Under the pieces are notes generated by a model. It saw only the letters and a list, made by a program, of their open reading frames with translations, did not search any database and was not told the origin of the DNA. Below are positions 13,349 to 25,285 of a DNA stretch of 64,000 nt, piece by piece. Source of the stretch: Malacoraja senta (Eukaryota); NCBI GenBank assembly GCA_038087875.1, contig CM075989.1, positions 3,658,001-3,722,000 on the forward strand. Direction: 5' to 3'. Position 1 is the first letter of the stretch; every line of letters starts with the position of its first letter. The translations under genes and the position numbers were made by a program.

Positions 13349-14265
13349 ATCACATCTTCTCAAAAACATGACGCGGTAACGGTAACATTTTTACATATTC
13401 CTGTAGAGATTATTTCCGTGGAGTCCGAAATCGCCTTATCTAAAAATGTCATGGTTTATTTCTTGAGTTATTAATGAAAATGTTCAAGATTCTGACCAAA
13501 CTTTGAAATAAAAATGACTCTTTCGTTGATGACATCACAATGGGTCTGCATCATCTTGCTCGTGCTGCGAGTGACGCCACTCCCCGCTGCTCGCTCCACA
13601 CTGCTACCCCCCCCCCCCCCCCCGCTGCTCCCCTCCCCTCCTCCTCTTCCCCCTCCTCCTCTCCCACCCTCCTCCTCTACCCCCCTCCTCCCCATCTCTT
13701 CTTTCCCCCTCCTCTCTCCCCCCCTCTCTCCTCCCTCCTCTCTCCCTGTCTTCTCTCCCCCCTCCTCTCTCTCTCTCCCCCTCCTCTCCCCCCCCCGCCT
13801 CTCTTCACCCCCTCTCCTCCCCCCCCACCTCTCTCCCCTCACCCCCCCCCTCTCCCCCAAGTTTCCTCCCACACTCCAAAGACATAGGTTCATTGGCCTG
13901 GTATCATTGTAAATTGTTCCTAGTGTGTGTGGGATAGTGTTAGTGTGCAGGGGTCGCTGGTCGGCGTGGACTTGGTGGGCCGAAGGGCCTGATTCCACGT
14001 TGTATTTCTAAACTAAACTAAACTAAATAAGCTCTGTAGGAAAGAACTGCAGATGCTGGGGGGTTTTAAAACTCAAAGGTAGACACAAAATGCTGGAGTA
14101 ACTCAGCGGGACAGGCAGCACTCTGGAGAGAAGGGATGGGTGACATTTCGGGTCCAGACCCTTCTTCAGCTTCTACCCAACAGCCATCGACCTCTTGAAC
14201 ACTACAAACATTAATTAAACTAAGAACTACGAACCTTCTTGGTTGCACTAAAGATTTTGGGGCTT

Positions 14266-14562
14266 TTTAGACTTTAGAGATACAGCGCGGAAACAGGCCC
14301 TTCACCCCACCGAGTCTGCGCCGACCAGTGATTACCCCGTGCACTAGCACTATCCTACACACTGGTGACAATTTTAAAACTTACCGAAGACAATTAACCT
14401 TAAAGTCTTTGGTGTGTGGGAGGAAACCGGAGCACCCGGAGAAAATCCCCGTGGTCCCAGGGACAATGTACAAACACCACACAGACAGCACCCGGAGTCA
14501 GGATCGAACCCGGGTCTTTGGCACTGTGAGGCAGCAACTCTACCGCTGCGCCACTGTGCCGC
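14266..14562 (-). mobile_element. HE1/V-SINE-type tRNA-derived SINE, near full length
   Basis: Minus strand: tRNA-like head (ggcacagtggcgcagcggtagag..ggttcgatcc), V-domain-like core, tail ...gtatctctaaa. Confidence 0.85.
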
Positions 14563-14659
14563 TCCAAATAATGTTTTTTAACGTATTACTGTTTTTTTGT
14601 TTATTGTGTTATCTATGAATAGATAATGGTTATATGAATAGATATTGCGTTATCCTTCG

Positions 14660-15376
14660 GGGGAATGTGACTTTTTCGTGTCGTATCCCCCTTCCCTGCC
14701 TCCGTCTGCGGTGAGGCCTAATGGCGGAGCTGGCCGCCTCCATCCTGCGACCGACCCCGAGGCTACGGAGGCAGAGCCAGCCAGGACTTACCAACGAGAT
14801 GCTGGCCGTCTTCGGGGCTGAGGCAGCGGTGGCCCGACTTGCTGGTGCGGCGTTCTGGCTTTCGGCGGCGGCCTGGAGCTGATGCAGCGTGGTCCGGTAC
14901 GGAGACTGCGGGACCTGGAGCTGATGCAGCGGGGTCCGGAGCGGAGACTGCGGGGCCTGGAGCTGGGGCGGTGGCCCGGAGCGGAGACTGCGGGACCTGG
15001 AGCTGATACAGTGGGGTCCAGAGCGGAGACTGCGGGACCCGGGGCTGATGCTGTGGCGGGCCGTCTCGGAGCGGAGACAGCGTTCCGGCTTTCGGCGGCG
15101 GCGACATCACCACGGAGGTCCGCTGGACTGGAGGGCGGCATCTTCAGCCTGGATCGATCGCCTCAGCGCAGAGGGAGAACAAGGAGGGAAGAGACGGAGA
15201 CTAAGACTTTGCCTCCATCACAGTGAGGGTGTGCTTGGTGAACTCACTGTGGTGGATGTTTAATTTGTGTTTATTGTATGTTTTGTTATTATTGGTTCTG
15301 TGTATGACTGCAGGCATCACAATTTCGTTCAAACCGAAAGGTCTGAATGACAATAAAGGAAACTTGACTTGATTCT
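14660..15376 (+). mobile_element. Unclassified GC-rich retroposon with internal 42-bp minisatellite and LINE-like 3' tail
   Basis: About 5 x 42-bp units at 14875-15082; ends aatttcgtt...aatgacaataaa...(cttga)n, like the Rex/L2 tails elsewhere in the window. Confidence 0.55.
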
Positions 15377-15426
15377 TGATCTATGAATACTGTATATTCT
15401 GTCCTCTGCTGGAACATGTGTGCAAT

Positions 15427-15441
15427 AGCGCCATCTATTGG
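15427..15441 (-). promoter_or_regulatory. Candidate CTCF binding site
   Basis: Reverse complement CCAATAGATGGCGCT fits the CTCF core CCASYAGRKGGCRS with one mismatch; lies in non-repetitive sequence. Confidence 0.5.
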
Positions 15442-15848
15442 ACTTTTATTGTGAAAGGTCAGTTGCACACAGGAAGTAGGAAGCAGGAAATAGTCTCCTG
15501 CCTTTGTCTTTTCTGTCATGTTCAACAGCAGAAGCAATCCGACCAAATCCTAGCTTGCTATGCTTAAGAAGGCAATGGCTGTATGTTTATATAGTTCACT
15601 GTATGCTTGGAATGCTATATTGGAGAATATTTATGGCAGATGAGGTTTAACTCATTTCATTAACTTCATAGCATTTGTGAATGTTTAGATTGGTAGCTGG
15701 CGGCCATTTTGTGGCACCTTATATACAAAGAATAGGATTTGCTTTGATTGTTAATAGGATTGTTTATTATTATATATTTGCCCTATATGTTTAATTTCTA
15801 TTTAAATGTATATTTCTGCAAAGGAGAGTAATTTATGTATCTTTCATC

Positions 15849-16048
15849 NNNNNNNNNNNNNNNNNNNNNNNNNNNNNNNNNNNNNNNNNNNNNNNNNNNN
15901 NNNNNNNNNNNNNNNNNNNNNNNNNNNNNNNNNNNNNNNNNNNNNNNNNNNNNNNNNNNNNNNNNNNNNNNNNNNNNNNNNNNNNNNNNNNNNNNNNNNN
16001 NNNNNNNNNNNNNNNNNNNNNNNNNNNNNNNNNNNNNNNNNNNNNNNN
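15849..16048. other. Assembly gap (200 N)
   Basis: Run of exactly 200 N, a typical placeholder scaffold gap. Confidence 0.99.
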
Positions 16049-16346
16049 ATGGAAACAGGCCCTTCGGCCCAGCGAATCAACACCGACCATCTATCACCTA
16101 CTCACACTAGTTCAATCTTATCCCACTTTCGCTTCCACTCTCCACACACTGGACATTGCAGAAAAAGGAGTATTCTCAACAATTTAGACAGCTACATGAA
16201 TGGGACAGGTTTTGTGGGATATGGGCCAAATGCAGGTAAGTGGGACTAGTGTAGATGGGACCTGTTGGTTGGTGTGGGCAAGTTGGGCCGAAGGGTCTGT
16301 TTCCATGCTGTATCACTCTACGACTCCAAGTATTGAATTGAAGTAA

Positions 16347-16630
16347 CTGAGAGATACAGCGTGGAAACAGGCCCTTTGGCCCACTGAGTCCATGCTGACC
16401 ATCCATCACATGCTCACACCAGTTCTCTGTTATCCCTCTTTCTCATCCATTCTCTACACGCTCGGGGCAATTTACAGAGGACTATTAACCCACAAACCCT
16501 CGTGTCTTTGGGATGTGGGAGGACACCAGAGCACCCGAAGGAAACCCACGCGGGTCACAGGGAGAATGTGCAAACTCCACACCGACTGCACCTAAGGCAG
16601 GATTGATGGTGAGGCAGATTGTGAGGCAGT
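16347..16630 (-). mobile_element. HE1/V-SINE-type SINE
   Basis: gagatacagcgtggaaacaggccc...gaaacccacgcgggtcacagggagaatgtgcaaactcc. Confidence 0.75.
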
Positions 16631-16975
16631 GGTTCTATCAGTCGTACGTACTCTATATTGTACCATCTATCACCCGCTCACACTAGTTCTATCTTATCCC
16701 ACTTTCGCATCCACTCTCTCACTGGACCAGCAGCTGGTTGGAAGTGACAGTTCAGACTTTATTGAGTTGCAAAGGGACGAATTAACATGTTTTGTTCCTC
16801 ACACATGTTGAATAAGTTTGACCTGCAGATGGGGGGCCGGGCTATTGCCATCCAGCCCCCCTGGGATAGGATTCCTGAGTGATATCCCGTGACCACTGCT
16901 GCTACACCTCATGTGGCCAAGTGAGGAAGTGACCAGATTGCACTTCATTCTGCCGAGCTCCGAGATTAACACAAA

Positions 16976-17220
16976 TTAGTTTAGTTTAGTTTAGAGATAC
17001 AGCGCGGAAACAGACCGAGTGCGCACAAGCGATCCCCACACGTTAACACTATGGACAATTTACATTTATACCAAGCCAATTAACCAAAGATCTCGGAGAA
17101 AACCCACGCGGTCACAGGGAGAATGTAGAAACTCCGTGCAGACAGCACCCGTAGTCGGGATCGAACCCGGGTCTCCGGCGCTGTAAGGCAGCAACTCTAC
17201 CGCTGCTCCACCGTGCCGCC
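16976..17220 (-). mobile_element. HE1/V-SINE-type SINE
   Basis: (tttag)n tail, V-domain, tRNA-like head ending ccaccgtgccg. Confidence 0.8.
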
Positions 17221-17446
17221 CGATTGTCAGAATGATTATGGATCCACCTGTACAGTTCTCATTCACGTATCATTATTGTGCAATCTTTGTAGTGTGCGAG
17301 ATGGAACAAGATCATACCAGCTTGAGATACCTACTGCGATTGGATGAAGGGTGCTTTTCTCTGCATCTCACACATCACTCGACTGGGAAGAAAACTGAAA
17401 GAATTCCATTTTGTATCTAACGCATATTTTAACGTTTCTAGTACTG

Positions 17447-18196
17447 TGGGGCAGCACAGTGGTGCAGCTTGGAGAGCTGCTGCCTCACAACACCTTCGAT
17501 CCTGACTTCGTCCACTAAATGTTGTGCCCAGGGCCGGCCTTAAGCCAATTGGACCAATTGCTCCCAATTGGGCCCCGAGCCTAAGGGGGCCCCGCTCTAG
17601 AGTAATCTACTCTTGGCTCTCACATCCCTCCAGTCGCCGTGCTTCACGCACGCAGTCCTGGCTCGACCCCTCTCTCTCCCCAGGGAGACGCGGTGAACAA
17701 TACAGGGAGGGCCGGGCTAGGGTTTGGAGTAACGTTTATAAACCTTGGCCTCGGCTCACACCCGTCCACCCGGACCCTGGCATCCGCTCCTGCCGCCGGC
17801 CCTCTCCCTCCCTTCTCTCCTTCCCTTCCCTTCTTCCCTCCTCTCCTTCCCTCCCTCCTTCCTTTCTCTCTTTTCCCTTCTCTCCTTCCCTCCCTCCCTT
17901 CTTTCTCTCCGCCGGGTCCGCTCTCGCACAGCACCGCGGACAGCTCCCGACGCTCACCGCAAACTTCCTTTCCTAAACTCAGGTGCTCATGGTGTGGAGT
18001 TTGCACGTTCCCCTGGTGACCGCGTGGATTTCCTCTCACATCCCATAGACGTGTGGTTAATTGGGCTCGGTAAATTACCCTAACTGGGCAGGGAGTGGAT
18101 GAGAGAGAGAGCGATAACATAGAACTAGTGTGATTGTGTGACCGATGCACTCGGTGGGCCGAAGGGCCTGCTTCCATGCAGTATCTTTCAATCAAT
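17447..18196 (+). mobile_element. HE1-type SINE split by a ~450-bp insert (17529-~17980) starting cagggccggccttaag (hAT-like terminus, other end not seen)
   Basis: SINE head at 17447-17520; V-domain and tail resume at ~17990-18196. Confidence 0.6.
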
Positions 18197-18662
18197 TAAA
18201 TACAATACTGGTTGAGGATACTGCGTGTTTCAAATGAAACTCTTTCCTTTTCCTGCACTAATGTCCTCCACCCATTAAACATTAAAGGTACACACACATT
18301 ATTTTACTGATAACATAGTCAGCAAACAAAGAAGCGTTCTCTTTGCTTTCACAAAAAGCAGGTGCAGATGACAATCTCTTCAATAATCGAGGGCAGTGGC
18401 TTACAGGAGCAGAGGTGATTACCTAATGGCAGGCAACAGGCATGGGGAGAAGCAGGTTAAATCGATTAGCTAATGGGATGAAATCTATGCAGCACGTACT
18501 GCTCCCAACTCAGTCCATTGTCAAGTAGCAGATGATTGCTCATGCATTGCGAGCAGCACTAATAACTACTGCAACTAATTAAAACAAGTACTTAACCTTC
18601 TGTTCTTCAGCTTAAAATATTCCTGACATTAAAGGTTCGTGCAGAGATTCAAGTCGCACAAC

Positions 18663-18925
18663 TTTAGTTTTGTGATACAGCGCGGAAACAGGCCCTTCGG
18701 CCCACCGAGTCCATGCCGACCAGCGAGCCCCGCACACTAACACTAGCACTATCCCACACACACTGGGGACAATTTACAATTTTACCGAAGCCAATTAACC
18801 TACAAACCTGGACGTCTTTGGAGTGTGGGAGGAAACCAGAGCATCTGGAGAAAACCCACGCAGGTCACGGGGAGTATTTACAAACTGTAAGGCAGCAACT
18901 CTACCGCTATGCCACTGTGTCGCCC
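18663..18925 (-). mobile_element. HE1/V-SINE-type SINE
   Basis: Tail gatacagcgcggaaacaggcccttcggcccaccgagtcc; head ...ctaccgctatgccactgtgtc. Confidence 0.8.
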
Positions 18926-21133
18926 TACTACAATTTAGTCATGGAGACACAAGGAACTGTACAGGTACATGGATAGGAAAGGTTTTCATGATATGGGCCA
19001 AACGAGGGCAGGTGGGACCAGCATATAGACGGGGCATCTTGGTCGGCATGGGAGAGTTGGGATAAAGGGCCCGTTTCCATGTTATATGACTCTATATGAA
19101 CTGCAGATGCCGGAGTCTTGAACAAAACACAAAATGCTGGAGTAACTCAGCGGGTCTGGCACCATTTGTGGAGGGAATGGACAGGAGATAGGTCGGGACC
19201 CTTTCAAACCGTGACCCTTCTTCAGGCTGATTGTGTGTGTGGGGGTGGGGGGGGGCAAGAGAAAGCAGGAAGAAAGCAGACACAGGTGAGTTGAGTTGAA
19301 TTGGCAGGTGGGTGAAGTAAATGACAAGGGAGGCAAAAGGAATCAGATGAGGAGAAAGAGGAGTGAAATGGAAAGCCAGGAGAAAGAATATATTTGAAAA
19401 GGACAGAATAGTCCCAGACAGAACAATGACACTTTAACTTGCAGATTCACCACATTGACTTCAAGAATTTGGTGTAATGCCTTAACGGAGATAGAGCCAT
19501 TGTAGCTCCCTAAGAATGAAATGTAGAGTTGGCTCATTTTGTAAACTCTGTTCTTTAAAGCAAAACTTCATTACAAAATTAGAGAAAATCATTAGAACAA
19601 AAATGTATTGCCCTCATCCAGATTTTGGAGACACCAGCAATTATCTCAAAATTGGTAGATATTCTGAACCCTTTACCCAGGGTGGAAATGTCCAGGACTA
19701 GAGGGTACAGCTATAAGGTGAGAGGGGGAAAGTTTAACAGAGATGTGTGGTGTTTAAGAGGCTTTTAGGTAAACACATGGAAATGCAGGGTATAGAGGGA
19801 CAAGGATCATGCACAGGCAAATTAGATTAGTTTAACTTGACATTGTGTTCAGCACAAGCATTGTGGGCCGAAGGGCCCGTTCCTGTGCTGTTCTATGTCC
19901 TATACATTCATCAGCTCCACTGATTTGAATTAATTCTTGGGATACATCCTTTACCACAGGCACAGGTTCACTTCACAGGGAAAGGTACAGTGTCCTGGCC
20001 ATTTTTACTATCCACCTTCGATGTAGAGTAGCACTGACAAAAGCCTCTAAGATGTAATAGATCCAGAAAGAGGCAGAATGATGAATAAGAGGCGGAGCAT
20101 AGCATTTGGAAGCTCAAGAAAGGAGCATAATTATCTGATTTTAGCACAAGCAGCAAAGGGATGTGTTAACCCAACCCTGTACTCATATCTGCCTCACAGC
20201 TCCCGCAAGCTTGGTTCAGTCCTGACCTCGAGTGCTGTCTATATGGAGTTTGCACGTTCTCCCTGAGACCAGTTTCCTCTGGGTGCTCCATATCCTTCCT
20301 ATAATACAAAACAGTAGGAGTTGGCAGGTTAATTGATCACTGTAAATCGCCCTCAATCTGAAGAAAGGACCCGACCTTAAACGTCACCTATCTATGTTCT
20401 CCAGAGATGCTGTCTGACCCGCTGGATTACTCCAGCACTTTGTGTCTTTTTTCTATAAACCAGCATCTGCAGTTCCTTGTGTCTATTGTAAATTGCCCTC
20501 AGTGTCTTTGGGAGTGGTAGAAATATGGTGGGAGTAGGGAGGAGAATCGGGAGTGTGGAGAGAATGAGTTAGGGTGGGACTAGTGTAAAAGTCAGTGCAG
20601 TTCAATAGCCGAGGGGTCCTGTTTCTGTTCTGATTGCCTCAAGGACTCGACGAGGGCGGGTCACTTGCAGAGTGGGAACTTTAATTGCTGCGTCTGTCCT
20701 TTGTCGAACTCTCACAAAGGTGAGACAACAGATGGATGTTGGGGATTTTTACCCCAATGTAAACTGATGCCTTCAGCACTGTGAAGACAGGAAAACTCGA
20801 GAAAGACAATTCGATTCATCGCCATTGATGAATAACACAGCCAAAGGCATTTTCAAAACCTTTGCAATTCTATAATGTGCTTTGTTAGAAGGCTGCGGCA
20901 ACTGAGTAATATTATTGGGTTAATGAAAGCAGCATGCATATCTTCTTGATTTAGTGATATTTATTCAGGTAGAGAATGTTTCCAAGGTGACTGTGGGATT
21001 ATGGCAACCTTTACATACCTCCGTCATTCATTTTGAGAATAGGCTGTGCAGCGCAGACTCCAATCATCAATGCAGTGGAAATGCAGGTGAATGTTGTTAC
21101 TGCCAATAAAACCCCTCAGCAGGGTCTTCAACA

Positions 21134-21377
21134 ACAGTGGTGCAGCTGGTAGAGTTGCTACCTCACAGCGCCAGAAACCCGGGTTCAATCCTGACTACGG
21201 GTGCTGTCTGTACGGAGTTTGTACGTGACCTGCGTGGGTTTTCTCAAGGTGTACCAGTTTCCTCCGGCATCCTAAAAGTGTCCCTACTATATAGGATAGT
21301 GTTGGTGTACGGGGATTGCTAGTCTGCACGGACTCGGTGGGCCAAGACTTGTTTCTGCGCTGTATCTCTAAACTAAA
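21134..21377 (+). mobile_element. HE1/V-SINE-type SINE
   Basis: acagtggtgcagctggtagagttgct...ggttcaatcctgactacggg...gtatctctaaactaaa. Confidence 0.8.
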
Positions 21378-21419
21378 GAGATAGAGTACATTGAAATAAT
21401 CAATTGCAAAAATTAATAA

Positions 21420-21720
21420 AGTCATATGAGATGGTATTACGAACATATGAGTTGAGGCAAGGATGGATTCTACAAGTGCTGCAGATGGGGAAATTACACA
21501 GATTACACAGATACATAGTCCAAAGTTTAGTGTGTTCAAATATGACACCAAAGTGTGAATAGTCCAAATCTGTTTAGGCCGTTGCCATGGAGAGAGATGA
21601 AATCAGTGGCTAAGCATTGATGTTTATTTGTGAGACCAAAGACAATGGCTTTAATCTCTCCTTTATTTAGTTCCAGGAGATTTCTTCTCATCCATTACTG
21701 TATGTTGCATAGACAATCAT
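21420..21720 (-). mobile_element. Old L2-clade LINE RT fragment
   Basis: Minus translation DCLCNIQ*WMRRNLLELNKGEIKAIVFG resembles the L2 motif CLxDIxxWMxxNxLxLNxxKTEAIxFG. Confidence 0.55.
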
Positions 21721-21726
21721 ATATTC

Positions 21727-22649
21727 TTTTTTTTTTTTGATTAATATTTTTATTAGAAGCAAACATATTATAAAGTATAGTGACATATTATAATAGAAAA
21801 AAAACCTTTTCATATACATCAATCATACATTATTAAAATTGTCAGTTGTCAATTAATTCTGCTTCTAGTGTTTTTTTTAATATAGATAGAAAAGGAGAGG
21901 TAGAAAGAAGAAAGCATTACAAATATAGAGAAGGAAAAAAAAGGTGGAATGAGTTACTTATAATACGTCATTGGAGATAAGTTCGTAGGTTATGTAATAT
22001 AATTTTACATCTAATCCTGAGTTCAAGCTTCAGTTGGGTTTTCGTGCTGGGCCCATCTATCCCTTCAAATAGTTAATGAATGGAGCCCATATTTTAACAA
22101 AAAGTTCTTGTTTGTCCATTAAGACAAGGCTAATTCTTTCTAGATGTAGGGTCTCCGACATTTCCACAATCCACATTTTAATTGTGGGGGTTATAGGACC
22201 TTTCCAAAATTTTAATATTAATTTTTTCCCAGTTATTATACTGTAGTCAAGGAAGTTTCTTTGGCTTGTTGTGAGTATTAAACTTTGTTCTGATATCCCA
22301 AGTATTATTAATTTTGAGTCTGGATCCAATTTAGTATTAACAACTTCAGAAATTATTTCAAAAATATCAATCCAGAAATGTTTGATTTTTATACAATTTG
22401 CAAAAGTATGTGTTAAATTGGCCTCTAGATGTAGGCATTTATCACAGATAGGAGAATATGTGGGAAGATTCTATTTAGTTTTATTTTGGAGTAATGTAAT
22501 CTGTGTAAGACTTTAAATTTATTAAAGCATGTCTGGCATTTAACGAGCATTGATGTATATGTTGTAAACTTTCATCCCAAATGTCTTTCGTTATAGAGTG
22601 ACCTAACTAATTTTCCCATGTGTGGCTATATAGTTCCATCGGTGGTACC
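21727..22649 (-). mobile_element. 5'-truncated L1 (ORF2 C-terminus + 3' UTR) with 10-bp TSD
   Basis: Poly-T at 21727; ORF 22057-22329 nearly identical to 37076-37522; TSD tcatatattc at 21717-21726 and 22650-22659. Confidence 0.9.
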
Positions 22650-22884
22650 TCATATATTCACATCATGGGATAATCTTTAGTTTTATTCTGTGCATCAATG
22701 TTTTTTAATTGTTCATGAACACCCCTTGTGAACTTCTTAGAAGAAACTGCAATTAAAATGAATTATGGGTGAGGCAACGTTTAACGATATACACATGGAA
22801 CTGCAGATGCTGGCTTGCAAAAAAAAGACACAAAGTGTTGGAGTAACTCATTCAATCAAGCAGCATCTCTGGAGAAAATGGATA

Positions 22885-23205
22885 GTTCATAAAACATTGG
22901 AGCACAATGAGACCATTTGTTCCATCGAGCCTGCTCTGCCAATTGATCATGGCTGATCTATTTTTCTCTCACAACCTTATTCTCCTGCCTTCTCCCTGTA
23001 ACCTTTTACACCCTTACTAACCAAGAACATATCAATCTCCACTTTAAAAGTACCCAGTGACTTGGCCTCCACTGCAATCTGTGGCAATAAATTCCATCCT
23101 CTGGGTAAATAAATTCCTCCTCATCTCCATTCTATTATCCTGAGGCTGTGTCCTCTGGTCCTAGACTCACCCACTACAGGAAACATCCTCTCCACATCCA
23201 CTAGA
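22885..23205 (-). mobile_element. CR1 (HER1-like) LINE 3' fragment
   Basis: VDVERMFPVVGESRTRGHSLRI on the minus strand plus CR1 3' UTR. Confidence 0.75.
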
Positions 23206-23607
23206 AGGAGGATAAAAAGGGATTGGTGACATTTCAGGTCGGAACCCTTCGTCAGACTGCTGGTGCAGGGCAAATTCTTTTTTACACAAAGCACAGTGGG
23301 TGCCTGGAACGTGCTGCTTGTGGTGATGGTGGAAGCAGATATAACAGTGGTGTTTAATAAAGGCATGTGGATATGGAGGAAATGGAGGGAGATAGATCAT
23401 GTGCAGGCAGAGGGGATTAGTTTATCTTGGTTACATGTTTGGCACAGCCATTGTGGACTAAGGGCCCTGTTCCTGTGCCGCAGTGTTCTGTTAAATGTTT
23501 TAATAGGGAGATTGAGTTTAGATTTGAAAAGGGCAATATTCAGATGTAGGTCGCAGTTTAATACAGAGCTTCAGATGATTTATCGGCAGTGATAAATAGG
23601 TGTGTTC

Positions 23608-24275
23608 CATAGATACATAGATACATAGAAAATAGGTGCAGGAGTAGGCCATTCGGCCCTTCGAGCCTGCACCGCCATTCAATATGATCATGGCTGATCA
23701 TCCAACTCAGTATCCCGTACCTGCCTTCTCTCCATACCCCCTGATCCATTTAGCCACAAGGGCCACATCTAACTCCCTGACATCTAAGTCCTGACATCCC
23801 AGGAATCAGTCTGGTGAACCTTCTCTGCACTCCCTCTATGGCTATAATGTCCTTCCTCAGATTTGGAGACCAAAACTGTACGCAATACTCCAGGTGTGGT
23901 CTCACCAAGACCCTGTACAACTGCAGTAGAATCTCCCTGCTCCTATACTCAAATCCTCTTGCTATGAAGGCCAACATACCATTCGCTTTCTTCACTGCCT
24001 GCTGCACCTGCATGCCTACTTTCAATGACTGGTGTACCATGACACCCAGGTCTCGCTGCATCTCCCCATTTCCTAATCGGCCACCATTTAGATAATAGTC
24101 TGCCTTCCCGTTTTTGCCACCAAAGTGGATAACCTCACATTTATCCACATTATACTGCATCTCCCAAACATTTGCCCACTCACCCAGCCTATCCAAGTCA
24201 CCTTGCAGTCTCCTAGCATCCTCCTCACAGCTAACACTGCCCCCCAGCTTAGTGTCATCCGCAAACTTGGAGAGT
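23608..24275 (-). mobile_element. CR1 LINE 3' fragment with internal deletion
   Basis: ORF 23750-24196 (WQMQYNVDKC-like...[15 protein letters not shown]), FADDTKLGG motif at ~24245-24270, (ctatgtat)n tail. Confidence 0.9.
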
Positions 24276-24617
24276 TAAGATCTTGCCGCAAGCTCGGATA
24301 GGATGGATAAATGTCTGAAGCTACTGGCTTGAAAGTGACTGATGAAAGTGGGAAATTATGTAACATGGAGGAAGAAATCAGATAATGGCTGGGTGTAATG
24401 AAGAAACCAATTCATCTTTGAACAGAAAGCTCAGAATGTGCACCAAGCAACTTTAATCAGGGTGATTTGTGGCAAAGTGACTAAGATAGTTTTAAAATTC
24501 TCAATGTTGCTCAACAGAAAATGACATTTCAAACTTAAGTTTAGTTTAGAGATACAGCATGGAAACAGGCCCTTTGTCCCACAAAGTCCACACCGACCAG
24601 CGAGACCCACACTCTAA

Positions 24618-25285
24618 AAGGCCTGTCTCACGGGTATGCGGTTACTGGCGGTGAAGCAGGAAGTTGGGACCGCTCGTGGACCGCCAGAGACCGCGCATGG
24701 CCCGCGGGGTCGGTCCCACGCACACTGCCGGGACCGTGCGGTGTTGGTCCCAACACAGCACGGTGCTCACAAATAGTCGACAACGTTAAAAAATGTTGTC
24801 CTACCGCACAGCCGCCGCCAGTGCGGCACGAGCACTGCCTCAGCCGCCGCCAGTGCGGCACGAGCACTGACTCAGCCGCTGCCAGTGCGGCACGAGCACC
24901 GCCACAGCACCGCCAGTGCGGCACGAGCATCGCCACAGCCGCCGCCAGTGCACCGTGAGCACTGCTAGCACCGCGAGTCGAATTGACGTCATCGCGTAGC
25001 GCGTTGCGTTACGCGATGTCGTCATCACCCGACGCCGCGCTCGTGGGACAGGCCCTGCGGTGATCACCCAGCATATGCGCGGCAACAGCTTCCGGTAAGG
25101 TTTAATTTTTTTTTACTTACCGCAAGCTCGTGGGACCGGCCGAACGGAGATCACTCGGGCCCGCGCGGCATCCGTGCGGCGCTCCCGCGGCATACGTGCG
25201 GCGCTCTCGCGGTAGGCTCGCGGTCCCCGCTTCCGGCGCCGCCGCGCTTCACCGCCAGTAACCGCCTGCCCGTGGGACAGGGCCA
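24618..25285. mobile_element. Non-autonomous TIR element (PIF/Harbinger-like MITE) with TAA TSD, inserted in an HE1 SINE
   Basis: About 40-bp imperfect TIRs (ggcctgtctcacgggtatgcggttactggcggtgaagc / gcttcaccgccagtaaccgcctgcccgtgggacagggcc); taa at 24615-17 and 25286-88; SINE halves 24536-24617 and 25286-25520. Confidence 0.8.

Larger units (their letters stand above)
8594..14144. repeat. 2.78-kb near-identical tandem duplication (copy 1 8594-11370, copy 2 11371-14144)
   Basis: Offset 2777 bp; identical ORFs at 9234/12011; only scattered substitutions and microsatellite length differences. Confidence 0.95.

Noticed and set aside
10696..13998. Pro-rich and Gly/Glu-rich ORFs of 65-175 aa
   Set aside because: Translations of CT-rich tracts plus SINE sequence
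14763..15226. Repetitive APGPAVS ORFs
   Set aside because: GC-rich 42-bp minisatellite open in several frames on both strands; no coding evidence
15806..16249. ORFs spanning X residues
   Set aside because: Artefacts of the 200-N gap
24810..24968. CRISPR-like 32-bp repeats
   Set aside because: Head-to-tail minisatellite within a MITE, no spacers
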